Assembly: GCA_964035545.1 (NCBI GenBank)
Contig: OZ037767.1
Coordinates: forward strand, 22,150,628-22,214,627
Length of the DNA stretch: 64,000 nt
Reading direction: 5' to 3'
From: Bugula neritina
Lineage: Eukaryota > Animalia > Bryozoa
Both the position numbers and the translations under genes were made by a program. The notes below the pieces were generated by a model. The model was not told the origin of the DNA. It saw nothing but the letters and a program-made list of their open reading frames with translations, and did not search any database. This document shows, piece by piece, positions 15,299-28,725 of this stretch (position 1 is the first letter of the stretch; each line of letters opens with the position of its first letter).

Positions 15299-17791
15299 AT
15301 GGCCAGTCAAGCTAGACTTCTACTGCTAATGATAGTTATAGCAAAGTCTGATAGCATCTGGTCACCAAATAACTGCTCAAACAATTGCATTTGTCATGAG
15401 ATGTGGATTGAAGCTTTGAACACCAAGCTAAATGCTCTTGACTGTCATGGTAAGGAGAAAACAGTAGGCTATACTACAATCACCAGCTAATCCCATGCAT
15501 TGTTGAACTCTAGTGAAAAAACTTTTAGAGCAATCTTTGATAAAGTTGAAACATATCCTTGCAAAATAATTTAATTAAAAATCCCGGCTAAATGTTGGAA
15601 TATGCTAATTAAATCCTTACAATGTTTTTGATGGAAGAACTAAATGCTGTAACAAATGCTTATGTATGGACTCCTTTCATATTTCATTTAGCAGGTTTTG
15701 TACTCTCATAGCAATACTTCTGAATTTAATAAACCAATTCTATTTAACTATACTGAAAATTGTATTGGCAACAACCACCTGCTTCTGTAAACCAAATGAG
15801 ACTTTGCAGTGCAAACCACATCACATCAGGATATTTCATTGGAAGTTAAATTTCATGTTAATTATGTACTCATCAAGTTGGGAATAACACAATTTCCTGT
15901 CTTTGTAGGAAGAGATTTATTGACCCTGGATGTGATACCAGAAAATGTACAAGCTTTAATGCTCAGCGGAAACAAGTTAAATATCAAGGCATTGCAACTA
16001 GAAAACCTGACAGACGTTCAATATCTTGATCTTTCTTTTAATCAATTGAAGTTACACCAAGAAGACCTACTTGAATTACTTTTCACACACTTGCAATCCC
16101 TGAGAGCACTTGATTTATCCAATAATTACCTGGAGTCGCTTCAGTCAAGTTTATTCAGCAAACTGCATTCATTAGAGTATCTATCTGTAAGCGGAAATCA
16201 AATTTCTTATATTGGAAAAAATATATTTAAACCGCTTTACAAACTCAGAACGATTAAGTTAGACCACAACAGACTAAGAAGTATAAATGGAGACTGGTTC
16301 AGTAGTGAAAGTGAGTTTATGAGAGACATGGATCTTAGTTACAATAGCATAGAAAGACTGGAAGGGGGAGATTTGTTGTACTTGAAAAAATTGGAACGAC
16401 TTACTTTAGCAAATAATAACATCAGTTACATTCAGCCAAATGTGTTTGTGGACAACAGAATTAGAGAGTTGAATCTTGCCCGAAATCTTATACCAGAAGT
16501 ACTCAATCAAGTCTTTGAGCCTCTGACTCAACTGACATCTTTAAATATGGACAACAACCCGATAAAAGAACTTAATGCCTACTCGCTGTCTAACCACCCT
16601 AACTTGAAGCTAGTGTCACTTACAAATATGCCCTTTCTCAGAATTATTCATCAACACGCTTTTCATAATTTATCACAAATTTTCAAAATTGATCTTTTCC
16701 AAAATCAAAAATTAGTATTTGTTGACCCTGAAGCCTTCAAAGACTGCTCGACTTTACAAGTTTTACATTTGCATACCTGCTCTTTGAGTGGGTTAGATGA
16801 GTCAGTTGTCACTCACTTACCTTTTCTCAGGGAGCTCAGTCTGTATAATAACCCAATACATTGTAATTGCTTAGCTACTTGGCTAAAACATATCAACTCT
16901 ACTCTTGTTGATGGTGATAAAGTAGTCTGCACTGGTCCACATGCAGTCAGGATGGCTACTCTCTATCAGCTGAATGATTCACAACTCAACGCTGAGTGTG
17001 ATCCATTGGTGATTTTACAAACGAGTAGTAGCCTATCGGTAGAGTTTGGAAGCGATGTAACTCTAGAGTGTGTAGCTTTAGGAACCAAGCATATCTGGTG
17101 GATTAGACCGGGTGAACACAAATTTCACACAAACACAACATTCAAGAAGGGAACATTAGCACTTCAAACTGTACAGCATGAGGACCAGGGACTTTACACT
17201 TGCGTAGCCAGTTTAGACAGTGCAAGCACGACAAATTCCGCCACAGTAAATCTTCAAGTGATTCATTCTGAAGTCTCTTTGAACACAGTTGCCATATCCA
17301 AGTCTTTTGTAGTAGTTCAGTGGAGTGATGCAGGTGGAACTTGTTTTATATTGTATGGAGATGGAAAGAATGGTACCACCAAGGAAATAGCACTTTCTGC
17401 AGGTATCAATCAATATACGATAGAAAATTTGCTGCCCGACACCAACTACAATGTCTGCTTGCTCTATCACAGCAAACTAGAACAAACTTGCGTTTCTGTT
17501 CATATGTTACCAGAGAGTCGGTCAGACACACCTAGGGATGGTAACTCTCGAAGCGACAGCTATTCTGACAAAAGTGTGCCAAATGTAACAAACAGTGTAC
17601 TGGTGGCTTTTATAGCAATGGCAGTGCTAGTAGTACTGGTGATACTATTAGTAGTAACTTGTATAAAGCTGAAGAGATATAAAATGTCGAAAATTGCATA
17701 TTTGCGCCAAATCAACAGTCATGACAATATCAAACTTGAAAAATGTTATAATCCAACCACAGCACCATTGTTTGATCATGAGCACATATAA
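15299..17791 (+). CDS. LRRN/NLRR-like type I membrane protein (signal peptide, LRRNT, about 15 LRRs, LRRCT, Ig, FN3, TM, short tail); join(15299..15449,15909..17791), 677 aa
   Basis: Exon 1 encodes the signal peptide plus the LRRNT cysteines (CSNNCIC...LDCH). A phase-1 GT-AG intron joins G+GA=Gly into the 15809 ORF frame. Downstream are LxxLxLxxN repeats, LRRCT NPIHCNC...WL...VVC, Ig (LECVA...WW...DQGLYTCVA), FN3 (VQWS...LLPDTNYNVCL) and TM VLVAFIAMAVLVVLVILLVVTCI. Confidence 0.92.
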
Positions 17792-18800
17792 TTATAAATA
17801 AAAGATATTTATGTGATATTGTTATGTTTCCACTGAAATATTATGTATACAGTCCACTCTTAATGTCTGTTGCTTATATAACAGCTTGTACATGTGCTAA
17901 TAATACTACACTGTAGCTAATTCAGTAATTAAATTTTATTTTGTAAAGCAGTATTCTGTATTGTAAATTTGTGATTTTTCAATGTATTACACTAAATATT
18001 TTTTTAGATCATGTGCATAATAATTATACATTATTCACTCTGTTTATTCAAAATATATTTATTTTTGCCTTGCATGCATCAATATACATGTACTATTGCA
18101 AACTAATATAGATAACAAAATAACCATATTTGTGCTGTCATAACCACGTTTTAGATTTAGTTGCAGACCATTCAGTGTTTAACTACATAATGTTAAGCTG
18201 CTGAGCTGTAATATATCTTATAATATAACTGCAGCATGTGTGAATGGTTTGATACTGTTTCACTCCATATGTTATAATTGTCATATTTTGTAAGTTGCTA
18301 CTATACATGTTTTCTTTTTTCAAAACCATGCATTTTAAATATTTATATCAGTCAATTAGAATATCTAGAATAAATATGAAAATAAAACTTACTTCTTTTG
18401 TATTTATTCAAGAGTACTGTGAGATAGATATACAAGAGTTTTTGCAAGTTCATAACAGAACAACCTACAACTGCCTATCAAGTTTAGCTGCATGATACTT
18501 TTTTAAAGAACAATTTCTGGTTCAATAGTTTAATCACAATCATAATAGACAGATTTGGTCTATACAGCATAGGTGTTACTGTTGGACAATCAATTAACAT
18601 GGCTCTGGACATTATTTATTTAAGTGATATATTGCTAAGAATATTTCTAACCATTCTTGAAAGTTGGTCAAAAAGTTTCTTTCTATAACTATAAGTTAAG
18701 TTATGCTGAGTTTACTGATTATTGGTTAAATCCTAATCATAATAGGTAAGAGTATTATTATATGAAGTTAATAAAAGTAATGTGATATAATGATACACAA

Positions 18801-18801
<1 letters not shown>

Positions 18802-18831
<30 letters not shown>
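18802..18831. repeat. (TA)15 microsatellite
   Basis: Direct reading. Confidence 0.95.
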
Positions 18832-18833
<2 letters not shown>

Positions 18834-19259
18834 TTTATTTGCTCTCACAATAATATTTATGCCAGGTTCATGAGACCTAATAAGTAACAACTTTCCTATT
18901 TATTTGTAACATGACAGATCAAGTTTAATTTTCAAAGGTTTGATTGTCGAAATTACGAATGCCATATAATATAATTAAATATATACTGTATACAGACTAT
19001 AGTAGTCGTATCATCAAACTTTTTTTATAAGACTAGTTTATAATATAGTTAAGGAGTTGTCTAACTATTACATAGTGATTATAGCACACTAGTTCGAGTT
19101 CCTTTTTCTTTCCGCCAAACGTCGTCAAAGTATTATATGGGAGATTTTGCAAGAGAGATCATTGATGATCACCGGAAATGCTATGGCTGTCGACGAAAAA
19201 CACTGTTGAGTTTTTCATTATTTTATTTCATTTACTTTTTAAAACGCTTTTTCTAAAAG

Positions 19260-22200
19260 ATGATGCGAGCTAGAGGAGGTGTGACATCCTACGTTGGATA
19301 TGGAGCCTTGACACTAATTATTATGTATATTTTGTTTTTATATAATGCAACTAAAAATGGACTAAACACTTGTGAATCAAATAACACTAATCTGAAAGAT
19401 GAGAAGCGTGAACTTCTTTCACAATTGTCTGGTAACACCAATATCTATTCTTGCAATTATACTTTACTTTTAAAAAATAATTTGTATATAATACAGAGGT
19501 AAATTCTTGTGATCTAAATGTGTGACTAGATAGTTTCTCTTTTTCCTCTGGGCTCAGTAAAACTGAATGTAACTGTTGGACTTGGTGTTCCTGGCAAGTA
19601 ACATACAGTTACACTTTCACTGATATACTGATACAGTGCACTTACTCTTACTCTTAGCCTTACAGTCTCAGTGATACTCATACTAATACCTAGTCTTATA
19701 CTTGTATTGTGTTACTGTTAGTGTAATACTATTGGTATTACTATTACTATTAGTATTAGTATTGCTAATATTAATAATGATTTAATAAATAATGGTTAAT
19801 GTTTTATTATACCTACTAATACTAATACTAATAGTAATAGTAATACTTAAAATTACTTATAGTTATAGTTATAATTGATCTTATACTTAGTCTTATGCTT
19901 ATAGTAATTGGCCAGTTGTTTTTGTAGTTATTGGTATCAGTATCACACCATCACGATGACTATGTCATGTGAAAGTATAATAGTCAATAACTATAATTAT
20001 AATAGTATAATCATTATGAATATAGTTATAATGAAAATCATTAACTAATAAAGTGATCTTATAATGATAATTGACTAAGATAAAATGAAAATAGTTTTTT
20101 TATATTAATATTGATATTCTTATTCTTCATTTATTGCTAATGTCCCATTCATTACAGATTCTATAACTAGTAGTATAGCATTAACAATAATTATTATAGG
20201 CCTAATGTAAGCATGATGTGAAGTGATGAATTCCACCTGGGAAATTGAATGTAATAATTTATATGTTGACAATAGTATTGATATGAACATACCGGTAATG
20301 TTAAGTAATTAAGGCTTAGATTTTCTAATTTTGACATTAATTATTGTTAGAATATTCATTACTTGGTAAAAGCAAATACACTTAACCCAAACTTATTATT
20401 TTTACGAAAATGGCTGGTTTTAAAAGTTCTTTTCGAAAATAATTTTGAAACCTAGAACTGTTTGCTTGTCCTTGAATAAGTTGATATTTTTGCACTCAGA
20501 TATTTTATTTATACTGCTTTATAGTTACAACATTGAAAAGTTTTAGTTTGGATATCAGATTTAATGTAGCCCCAAAATTGTTCATTTTACTATCTGTTAG
20601 CTGCAGGGCTCGTGTGTTATTTGGGAGTGTTAATTTACAGGTAACAAAGTATTTGTTTTTACTTTTATACTTGTTACTGACTTGGGTTTTTGAATCAATT
20701 TTAATTAAATTCACGCAAGCACAATAACAAAGCAAAACCTAGATAAACTAAATAGTATATGAAAGAGCAGTAAAAATTCTTTTGTTACCTTAATCAAAAA
20801 TGGGTGACCCATATAATGAATTTGTTGTGGAAGATGATGTAATTAAAGTTAGTTTATTATAACTTTGGCCATGGTAAAATAGATCATGGTAAAGTATACA
20901 TGCTCTACTTTTTTTGCTGAAAATATTATGCCCACAAGAAAAGATGTGCAAAGTGTAAAAGCTGACTTTGGTGTCTGACGCTGTTGCAGAAAAGCTTGTT
21001 AGTAGAATGTTGCTTTTTACAGTGTCAGCTGAACATACGAAACGGTTGAAGCGCTCGGCAGATGATACTCAAGATTCACTACAAAAATGTACCGGTAAGC
21101 ATTCAATCAACACGCCACAAGTTTCCTTAACCTTAATAACTAAAGTCATGTGTCCGAAGAATAACTGCTTTCTATATAAAGTCCTAATTATTTTCATAAA
21201 ATAACACACAAAAAATACAGAAACACAGAGTTGCCAAATTTGAAAGGTTCAGGTGTAACTAACTATCTCCTCTGTTTGTTTTGTGTCAAGTTTCAATGCT
21301 GTTTCAATGCCATATCAAACTAAAAAAGTGCACAAAAAGCAGACCTTTTTCAATATCTTGACACTGTGAGATTACTATGTTAAAGTGTTGATTTAATCAT
21401 AGCCTTTGTCTTTTTTAGAAAAGTTGTGTAATAAAAAATTGATGAATTGTCAAAATTCTTCATTTGAGAATTTGTAGCTGGTAGAAGACAACTCTAAAAT
21501 GTTGTTTTACAAACTCAAAGTTCATAATAAGGCAGTAACACCATTTAGTTTATTGAATGCTGTGCATCATGCTAGAGGAAAGCAACTGAATAAATAGAAT
21601 TCTAGTCTAGTGAAATGACTTTCAACATTATGAACAGTTTTATAATAAATCTGGAGTTTAGATACAGAATCTGTGACCCGACCTGTTAAGGCTTCTGCAC
21701 AATATGTGTATATCTGCTCAGCTAGTGAGACATGGTGCTTATAGACAGACTTGTTTGTACTACTTGTGTTGTAACCTACTTGAACTTCTTTTGTAGCTGC
21801 CCGTAAAGAAAAAGAAAGAGAACATGTAAGCAGACTCTAGTTAGCCAAATTTCTAGTCTATTTGAATAAAAAGTTTTGAATTTTATCGTCTGAGAAATAA
21901 AATATACTGTCTTTAAATTTTAGTTCACTTCAATTTATTCTCATTTCACACAGATATGATTGTTTATTGTTGTTAATTTATTTACAGCAAGAATGCTTGG
22001 AAAAGCTCAATGACTCAAACACTAAATATAAAAATAAAGAGGTATGGGAGAGTGTAATTGTAGAATACTGTATATATGAACATGTGTATTTTACAATGGT
22101 TATATTATAAGGTGAAAAACTATTCACACATTTTAGTTATGCAAAGTATTGATACTTTTCAGTAGCTGGAAATGTTTCATGATTGTAACAGTCTGTTTAA

Positions 22201-25200
22201 AAAGATGGACTCACCGGTTCATTACAAGTTGTAATTGTAACACTTCCTTGTATATCAGACGGAGTTATCTAAATATCAAAGGGAACTGGAAGAAGCCAAC
22301 TCTAAGCTGGTTATCAAAGAGGAAGATTGTACTAGGAAGGAACAGAGCTCTTTACTGGAGTATAATAAGTATAAGGAAGAAAGGGAAAAGGTGGAAGTTG
22401 AACTTCAAGGTATTCCCTTGTTAGCGACTACTTTAGTATCTCATCCAATTATAACTGTGATGAAGATGTCTGGATTATAAAAAAAATTTATATCCGGTAC
22501 AGATTGGCTAAAATGTAGCACTTACTATTTTGTAGGTCAAATTTCTGATAAAAATTCCAAGCTGCAACAGCTGACTCAGGAATTAGCTGATCTACAGCAG
22601 CAACACAAACTACTTGAACAACAATTGAAACAACAGCAGCAGCAAGTGGTGAATCCACAGCAAGGCAACAGTAATCAGCAGCCATACATTCCTGCTGGTA
22701 ATCCAGCTGCTGGGAATCCTGCTGCAGGGAATCCAGCCGTGGGGAATCCTGCTACAGGAATACCCTCTGCTGGGAATCCTGCTCCTGGTAATCTTGCTGT
22801 TGGTAATCCCGCTGCAGGGAATCCAGCTGCTGGTAACAGTGTCCGAAATCTGGTACAGAATGTGGTGGACACTGTGCAGTTTCAGGGTGGAAACTTTCTA
22901 GATTCAAATATCGCTAATAAAAATATTCCAGCTGGTAACAGTTTGGGTGGTACTATGCAAGCAGCTAGAAACTTTGTTGGTGATGTGCCCGCAGATAATA
23001 AATTAGGTGGTGATGGGCTACCAGGCGCCGAGATTGGGATCGGACAAGCAAATAAGAATCTGATAGAAAAGAAGTTAGCTGTCAGTGCAGGCCCACCCCA
23101 TGCTCTCTTAGATACCAAGCTATTAGCTGCAGATTCAGGAAATAAGAAAACTCAGGATGAAGGGGGAGTAGCAGCCTTTCACGAAACAACTAGAAAGACT
23201 CTCTTGGATTCCATTATAAAGCGTTCGTTGGATGTAGAAGAGCCAAGAGGAGCCTTGGGTGCTGTAAAGGATGGCAACGTTAAGGGAGTGTTGGGAGAGG
23301 ACATCACACAACATAAGGAACACAATGATGGAGAAAATGCTCAGGGTGTGGACCATCAAGTGCCAGGTTTGTGGTTTAACACAAGTGTTGTTACGTTTAA
23401 TATTAGTTTAATTTATGCTTTCTGTGGGTGGTAACAGATACTTCATTAGTCTCGAGTAAGTTATCTCGACCACAGTATACATATAATGATTTATTCAGCT
23501 GTCTATGTCTATCACCTACAAGCTTGGAATATTACACTTACTATTCACATTAAATTGGGGAATGATATTTGTAACTAACCACACCCACGCTCTGATATTT
23601 TTGTTTCAGTCAACTCTCTTTGTTGTACATTGTGATCCACAACTGTGTAAACGGCTATTGTATTCAGTGTGATTCTTAGTGTACATATTCTTAAGACCGT
23701 GCATAGAAGCTTTCCTTACAGTAGCATTCATTGTGGAGTTTATACTTGAGTTTTAGTGAACTGATCATATTGCAATCTTTGTTGTTATAGAATCTTGCTT
23801 GTTGGGCTGTCTTAGAAAGTCTATCATCTGTAATTTAATTGTAATATTTGTTCAAATTTTAAATTTTGGGAATTGCCTGCACAATAATTATTGCAAAGAT
23901 ATTGACAGTAAATGTTCACATATTGCATGGTATGAATACAGACTAAGGTGTATAGAACTCATTGTAGAGAGATATCATGTTGGTAAAGGTAAGCTTTAAC
24001 TCTCTATTGAGTGCGGCTGCTGCTATGCCACTGACAGATATTGAAATGGCACTGCTTATGCACACCCATATTATTTAATTGAATGTGGAAGCTACTGTAC
24101 TGAGACTTACAAGAAATCTCCCTCCACTGTCTGTTTTCTTATATAGCTGTCTGTCTGTTTGTCGGCAATAATTTTGCAATGCCTTAGTTGCTGAAACTCT
24201 CGTCACACCTAATAAAACTCTATATCCAGGTGTGTGCTTACCTTGTAAGTGCTGTTGCCCATAGACTCTTAGACAGAACCAGCTAACATATACCTAATCC
24301 CTCGCCTTGATATTTTGCTCTATTGCTGTCTGGAGTTGCCTTCCCCACAGCTTTACTCTCTGTCCTAAGTTGATGCTGGCTGGTTGCAGGAATTACTTTT
24401 CTTTTTGATTCTTAGACTAACCTCTACATAATCTTGTATTGTATAATGTGGGACTTGTACTTGTTATTAGAAGGTTCTTAGACATAGCTTGTATTTATCT
24501 GTTGATGAATAATTGGGTGATTCTTGGTGGATTTATTCAAATTTACTCTCATTATTAGATGTCAAATATATGGCTAAGCAAGCAATTAATATGGCTTAAG
24601 TTGCGTTTATACCTCTGCTGAAAAAAGTACCGGGTTTAAGTTAATAATGCTTGTCAGGATACCCCTTTATAGTCAAGCTGAAACTCGTTGAAATCATATT
24701 GATGCGATTGCTCACTTTCTGAAATTGAAATTTGACTTGCATAATAGCTATTTGATGCCCTTTGTAAACGTCATGAATTAGTGAAGCGGAAAGCATAAAA
24801 TAGATAATTGAGAAGGCGTAGGCTATATAATTATAACCGTATAAGTACGTTGTCTAATCGCCAAAGTAATAACTAAATAACGATGTTTACAAGGAGTTAT
24901 TACTCCTATTCTAAAATTGGCTGATTAAGTTATCACAGTACAAAAATTTCAACGAGTGGCTTTTACAATGCAATGCAACTCGGAGAAATTTCAACCCGGC
25001 CAAATTGAATTTTTGACCGAAAATCGTGAAGGTATAAACGCAACTTTGCTATGGGTTATGGTGTTTATGAAACATATCCATGATTTCACCTCCTCATATA
25101 ATTGATCTGTACTCTCACCCTTTACCTTGCAGACGTTGCTGATGGGATGAATAATGCACAATATAAACAAGATGGCAGATTACCTCCCCAACAACCTCTA

Positions 25201-27005
25201 CCACTTCATCCCTTGGAAGGTAAGTCTGATGCAAATGAATAAATGCTGACATAATCAAACCCTCTGTTACTTCTATTATTAACTGTTAAGTATGTATGAT
25301 AAGTTTTCCATTTCTGAAGTGCAGTCCAAGTTACATTTTATTTTTCTTGCATCTGTTAAAATGTTAAATTAATTTAGATGCTGTGTTCCTTAGTGTTGAA
25401 AGGCTATCTTTAAAACACACGAGCCAACTTGATATAAAAGCTTACTTTCTGTCTCAATGCCTCGTGACTGTTGGTTCGTATTTCAGGTAACGAAATAAAT
25501 GGTGTTGGAGATTTCCATGACAAGGTTGGTAATTGTCTTCTCATGTCTTGCTCAGACCTCTATATGAAATTGTTGACCCATTTAACTGTGCAGTGTGTAA
25601 ACAGTTTTAGCTTGGTAATGTTTGGTTAATCAGGAGGCCCACATCATTGCACTGCTTATTATTATTGTTATTGATTAACAGTTTAAAGCTATTTTCACTC
25701 TTCCATGAGGAACAGTTGTGGCCTAGTCTTGTATGACATAGGTCACGGGTTCAACTCCCAGCCATTAATTGCTCATGGGTGACACCAAAAGCCCTCAAAC
25801 CATGTTGCCAGCATGGTTTGAGGCCGAGTCTTTAACTCGCTTAAAATACTCCCTCATTAGGGTTTCTCGCTGGGAAAGAGACTTCAAACAGACGTGAGAA
25901 TATAACTCTTTGATTAGTTCTCTTTATTCTGTTCATTCTAGCCTCAAAACCATGTTAAAAATGGTACTGGTAAGGCTATGTCTGTTGATGCTTCCACATT
26001 TAAAACTGCTAGTAATCATGCTGCTGAAACTAGCTCTAAGTCTGGTCTTAAAGGTTTGGGTGGGGTGTTGAGGCCCCCTGCTAGCAATCGCTCAGCTAAA
26101 AACCAGAATGCTGATGAGAACAATGCCGAGGAGGCTGTTGATGAGACAACTACCAAACCTGCAGGAAAATACGATATTTCCCATAATGCACAAGATATTG
26201 CAGTGCAAGATAAAAACAATGTAGACGACGAAGACACTGCTGCGGAAGAAAGACACCAACTCAACGAACCTGCAGAGGTGGAGGCTGATCCATACCTTAA
26301 TGTCTCTCTAGATACTTCTAATAAGCAGTCACCTTAGTTGCTGGATGCATGCTGTGCATGTATGAATTAGCTACTTAACAGGTCTGCTACTTGCAGTGTA
26401 GAGCTAGTTAAGTGGATGTTTCCAGGTTGTGGGTGTAGGGCTGCTCTCCATATCTCCTGTATGTTTATGTTATACTCCTCGCTGCTCGAAATAATGTGTG
26501 TTATGTACACAATTGGTTTGGTGGGCAATGATTTGTCATATAATATGAAATATGGTATCTGTCACTTTAATGGTTGACAAACTCCCTCCTTCCTTCTTCT
26601 GGTTACTCATCTCTCCATTGATTGTAAGGTTGTCTCAGCTGGGTTCAGATTTCTCTTTAGCTCATTTTTCTTATTATCCAAGATTAACAATATAATATGC
26701 ACTCATAGTAGTGTGATGCAATGCAAGCTGCAATATTAATGATACTATTATATTTTCTGTAATTATAGCCCTTGCTTTTATTGGTCACAATGATGCATCT
26801 TGATCATAACAATAATATAAATAATATCTCTAGTCAAGGATCACGAGATATTGTTGTAGCATGTACTGTTTACTAACAGTTCTGCTATGTTGATCATGCA
26901 CAGTACAAGTTTCTTAATCTGCAGTCCTATTATTTTTAATGACAGCTGATCGGTTGTTTTTTAATACTCTAGGGTGATGATGAAACACTGCCAAATCTGC
27001 ATTAA
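19260..27005 (+). CDS. GOLIM4: GOLIM4/GPP130-like type II Golgi membrane coiled-coil protein; predicted exons 19260-19431, 21023-21094, 21797-21825, 21988-22041, 22259-22409, 22536-23366, 25133-25219, 25487-25524, 25942-26277, 26973-27005
   Basis: A short basic N-tail and signal anchor (YVGYGALTLIIMYILFLY) precede a long coiled coil. Its segment ELLSQLSVSAEHTKRLKRS resembles the GOLIM4 stem (recalled as ESLSAQLQVVYEHRSRLEKS). A low-complexity, acidic luminal C-terminus follows. All ten exons join through GT-AG introns in consistent phase; the donor at 26277 is the least certain. Confidence 0.72.
24597..25047. mobile_element. Non-autonomous DNA transposon (MITE, ~450 bp) in an intron of the GOLIM4-like gene
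   Basis: Perfect 17-bp inverted repeats: AAGTTGCGTTTATACCT (24598-24614) and AGGTATAAACGCAACTT (25030-25046). There is a possible GCT duplication at 24594-24596 / 25048-25050 and no ORF. Confidence 0.7.
25709..25900 (+). mobile_element. Degenerate tRNA-derived SINE (intronic)
   Basis: A-box-like TGGCCTAGT (25719) and B-box GGTTCAACTCC (25748-25758), followed by a non-tRNA body with a 12-bp hairpin (25793-25823). It does not form a full cloverleaf. The ends are approximate. Confidence 0.5.
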
Positions 27006-28725
27006 CCCTGTGCTCCTAGCCACTTATACAAGTACACCAGATCTCTACTCTTACTGATGTCCTTCACATTGGACCATGGGACTTTTAATTTTCTTTTTCG
27101 CCTCACATTTTAATTGTTTATTGTACTGCCATGAACTCTGTCTCCTTTTTATTTAGCCATTACCAATTCGTCTTCAGCTCAGCAAGCCTTTTATAACTGT
27201 TTAACAGCTAGTAGTTTTTTCTGCTCTCTCGTGAGATATATTTATACTCATGTACCATAATTGGTCTTTAGCTCCATGATCAAATTATCTATACACTAAT
27301 ATATGCATTTTAAATATGATGTATACCTTCTTTTATTAATTACTAAGTACTGCACTGTAGTATTTTCATTAACTGTTGATAATTGTTAATAATTACCTTT
27401 TAAAACTTGACTTATATTGCTAGTATTTTTGACACATTATCAAAACACTTGAAGCAATAGATAAAATGAGGTTTATTTGTTAATTAAAAATATGCCATGA
27501 AAATTTTGATTATAATTATCAGCACTTTTCACTTTCAAGTAAAAACTTTCACTTATAAAAATATATGTTGGTATAAAATGACAAAAATAAAGGGGAAATT
27601 GCATAGTCAAACATTTAGTTCTACACAATCTTATTTATAGAACAAAGATAAAAGGAAGACATTGTTTAAAACCATTCTTCAAAGTTCATAGAATGTCGCA
27701 GAGAGTACTGTACGTGGTTCAGATGAGTTTGTGTAACTCAAAATCAATTACTGGTATATTCAAATGATAGACCAAGTTATCAAGCTACGAATTAACTAAA
27801 TTAGTGACTCTACAGGCACATCCCAACTAGTCCTGTGTTACAGTGAAAGCATGATATGTAAAGCATATGTACTATACCAACACTGCCGCTAATGCTAGAT
27901 AGACCATAAACAAAAACTATAGCATCTAAATTATATAGGCCAGGCTGGTACTTACTCATCAGTTTTAAGAGTGAATGCAACTTAAAATTGGAAAAAAAAT
28001 TCATAATTCGAATTATGTGCAAACAAAAATGGTTGATAAATGTTAGGACACAAAATATTGACTATGAAACTGGTTGAAGGGTAAAAATTAGAAGCAAAAA
28101 GATTCATAAAGCAATTAGCAAAACTTATAAAATATGTATGAGATTTACAACTTGTCTTATTTTAGACTCATCTGTCAGGCAAAAAACTAATTTGAGGTCA
28201 CAGATATTCAAAGGAAAGAGATATGGACAGAGACTAGCTCTAATAAAACTAAATATATATAAAATATATAGAACACCTTATTAACGATAAAAAAGTTGGA
28301 AATATTGAAGCTAAGCATAAATGTGTTGGGGTATATATAGAAAATATTCCACTGCTGTTTCGTGAAATCTCTGAAATCTTACAAACAGAATGTCATGTAT
28401 ACACAGATACAAAACTACAAATCAGGAGATTAAACAATTATTAATTTAAATGTGTGAGTTATCTTCTTCCTTAAAAAGTGAGGGTGTGGGGGAACTTGCA
28501 ATAATGGAAATTGGAGAAAAATAAGAAAATATTATCTGAAAGGAATATAAACCAAATAAGTAGGCGATGCTTTGTTGCAAATGTTGAGGAGTGGATAGTG
28601 AATATTCAAAGTATTTTGATCAGTTGCAAAATAGCAAGTATTGGGTTTGTAAGTAAAAAGTAAGATTCTTGTTTCACTGCTGCGACTCATATTGACATAG
28701 CCTCAGTTACAGAGAAACGAGAAGG

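Noticed and set aside
15809-15908. N-terminal part of the 660-aa ORF call
   Set aside because: Intronic read-through. The signal peptide and LRRNT come from exon 15299-15449.
22675-23118. Antisense ORFs with FPAAG repeats
   Set aside because: Mirror of the PAAGN coding repeat on the plus strand.
25709-25790. tRNA gene
   Set aside because: A/B boxes are present, but the spacing is too short and there is no acceptor stem or cloverleaf. A SINE head fits better.
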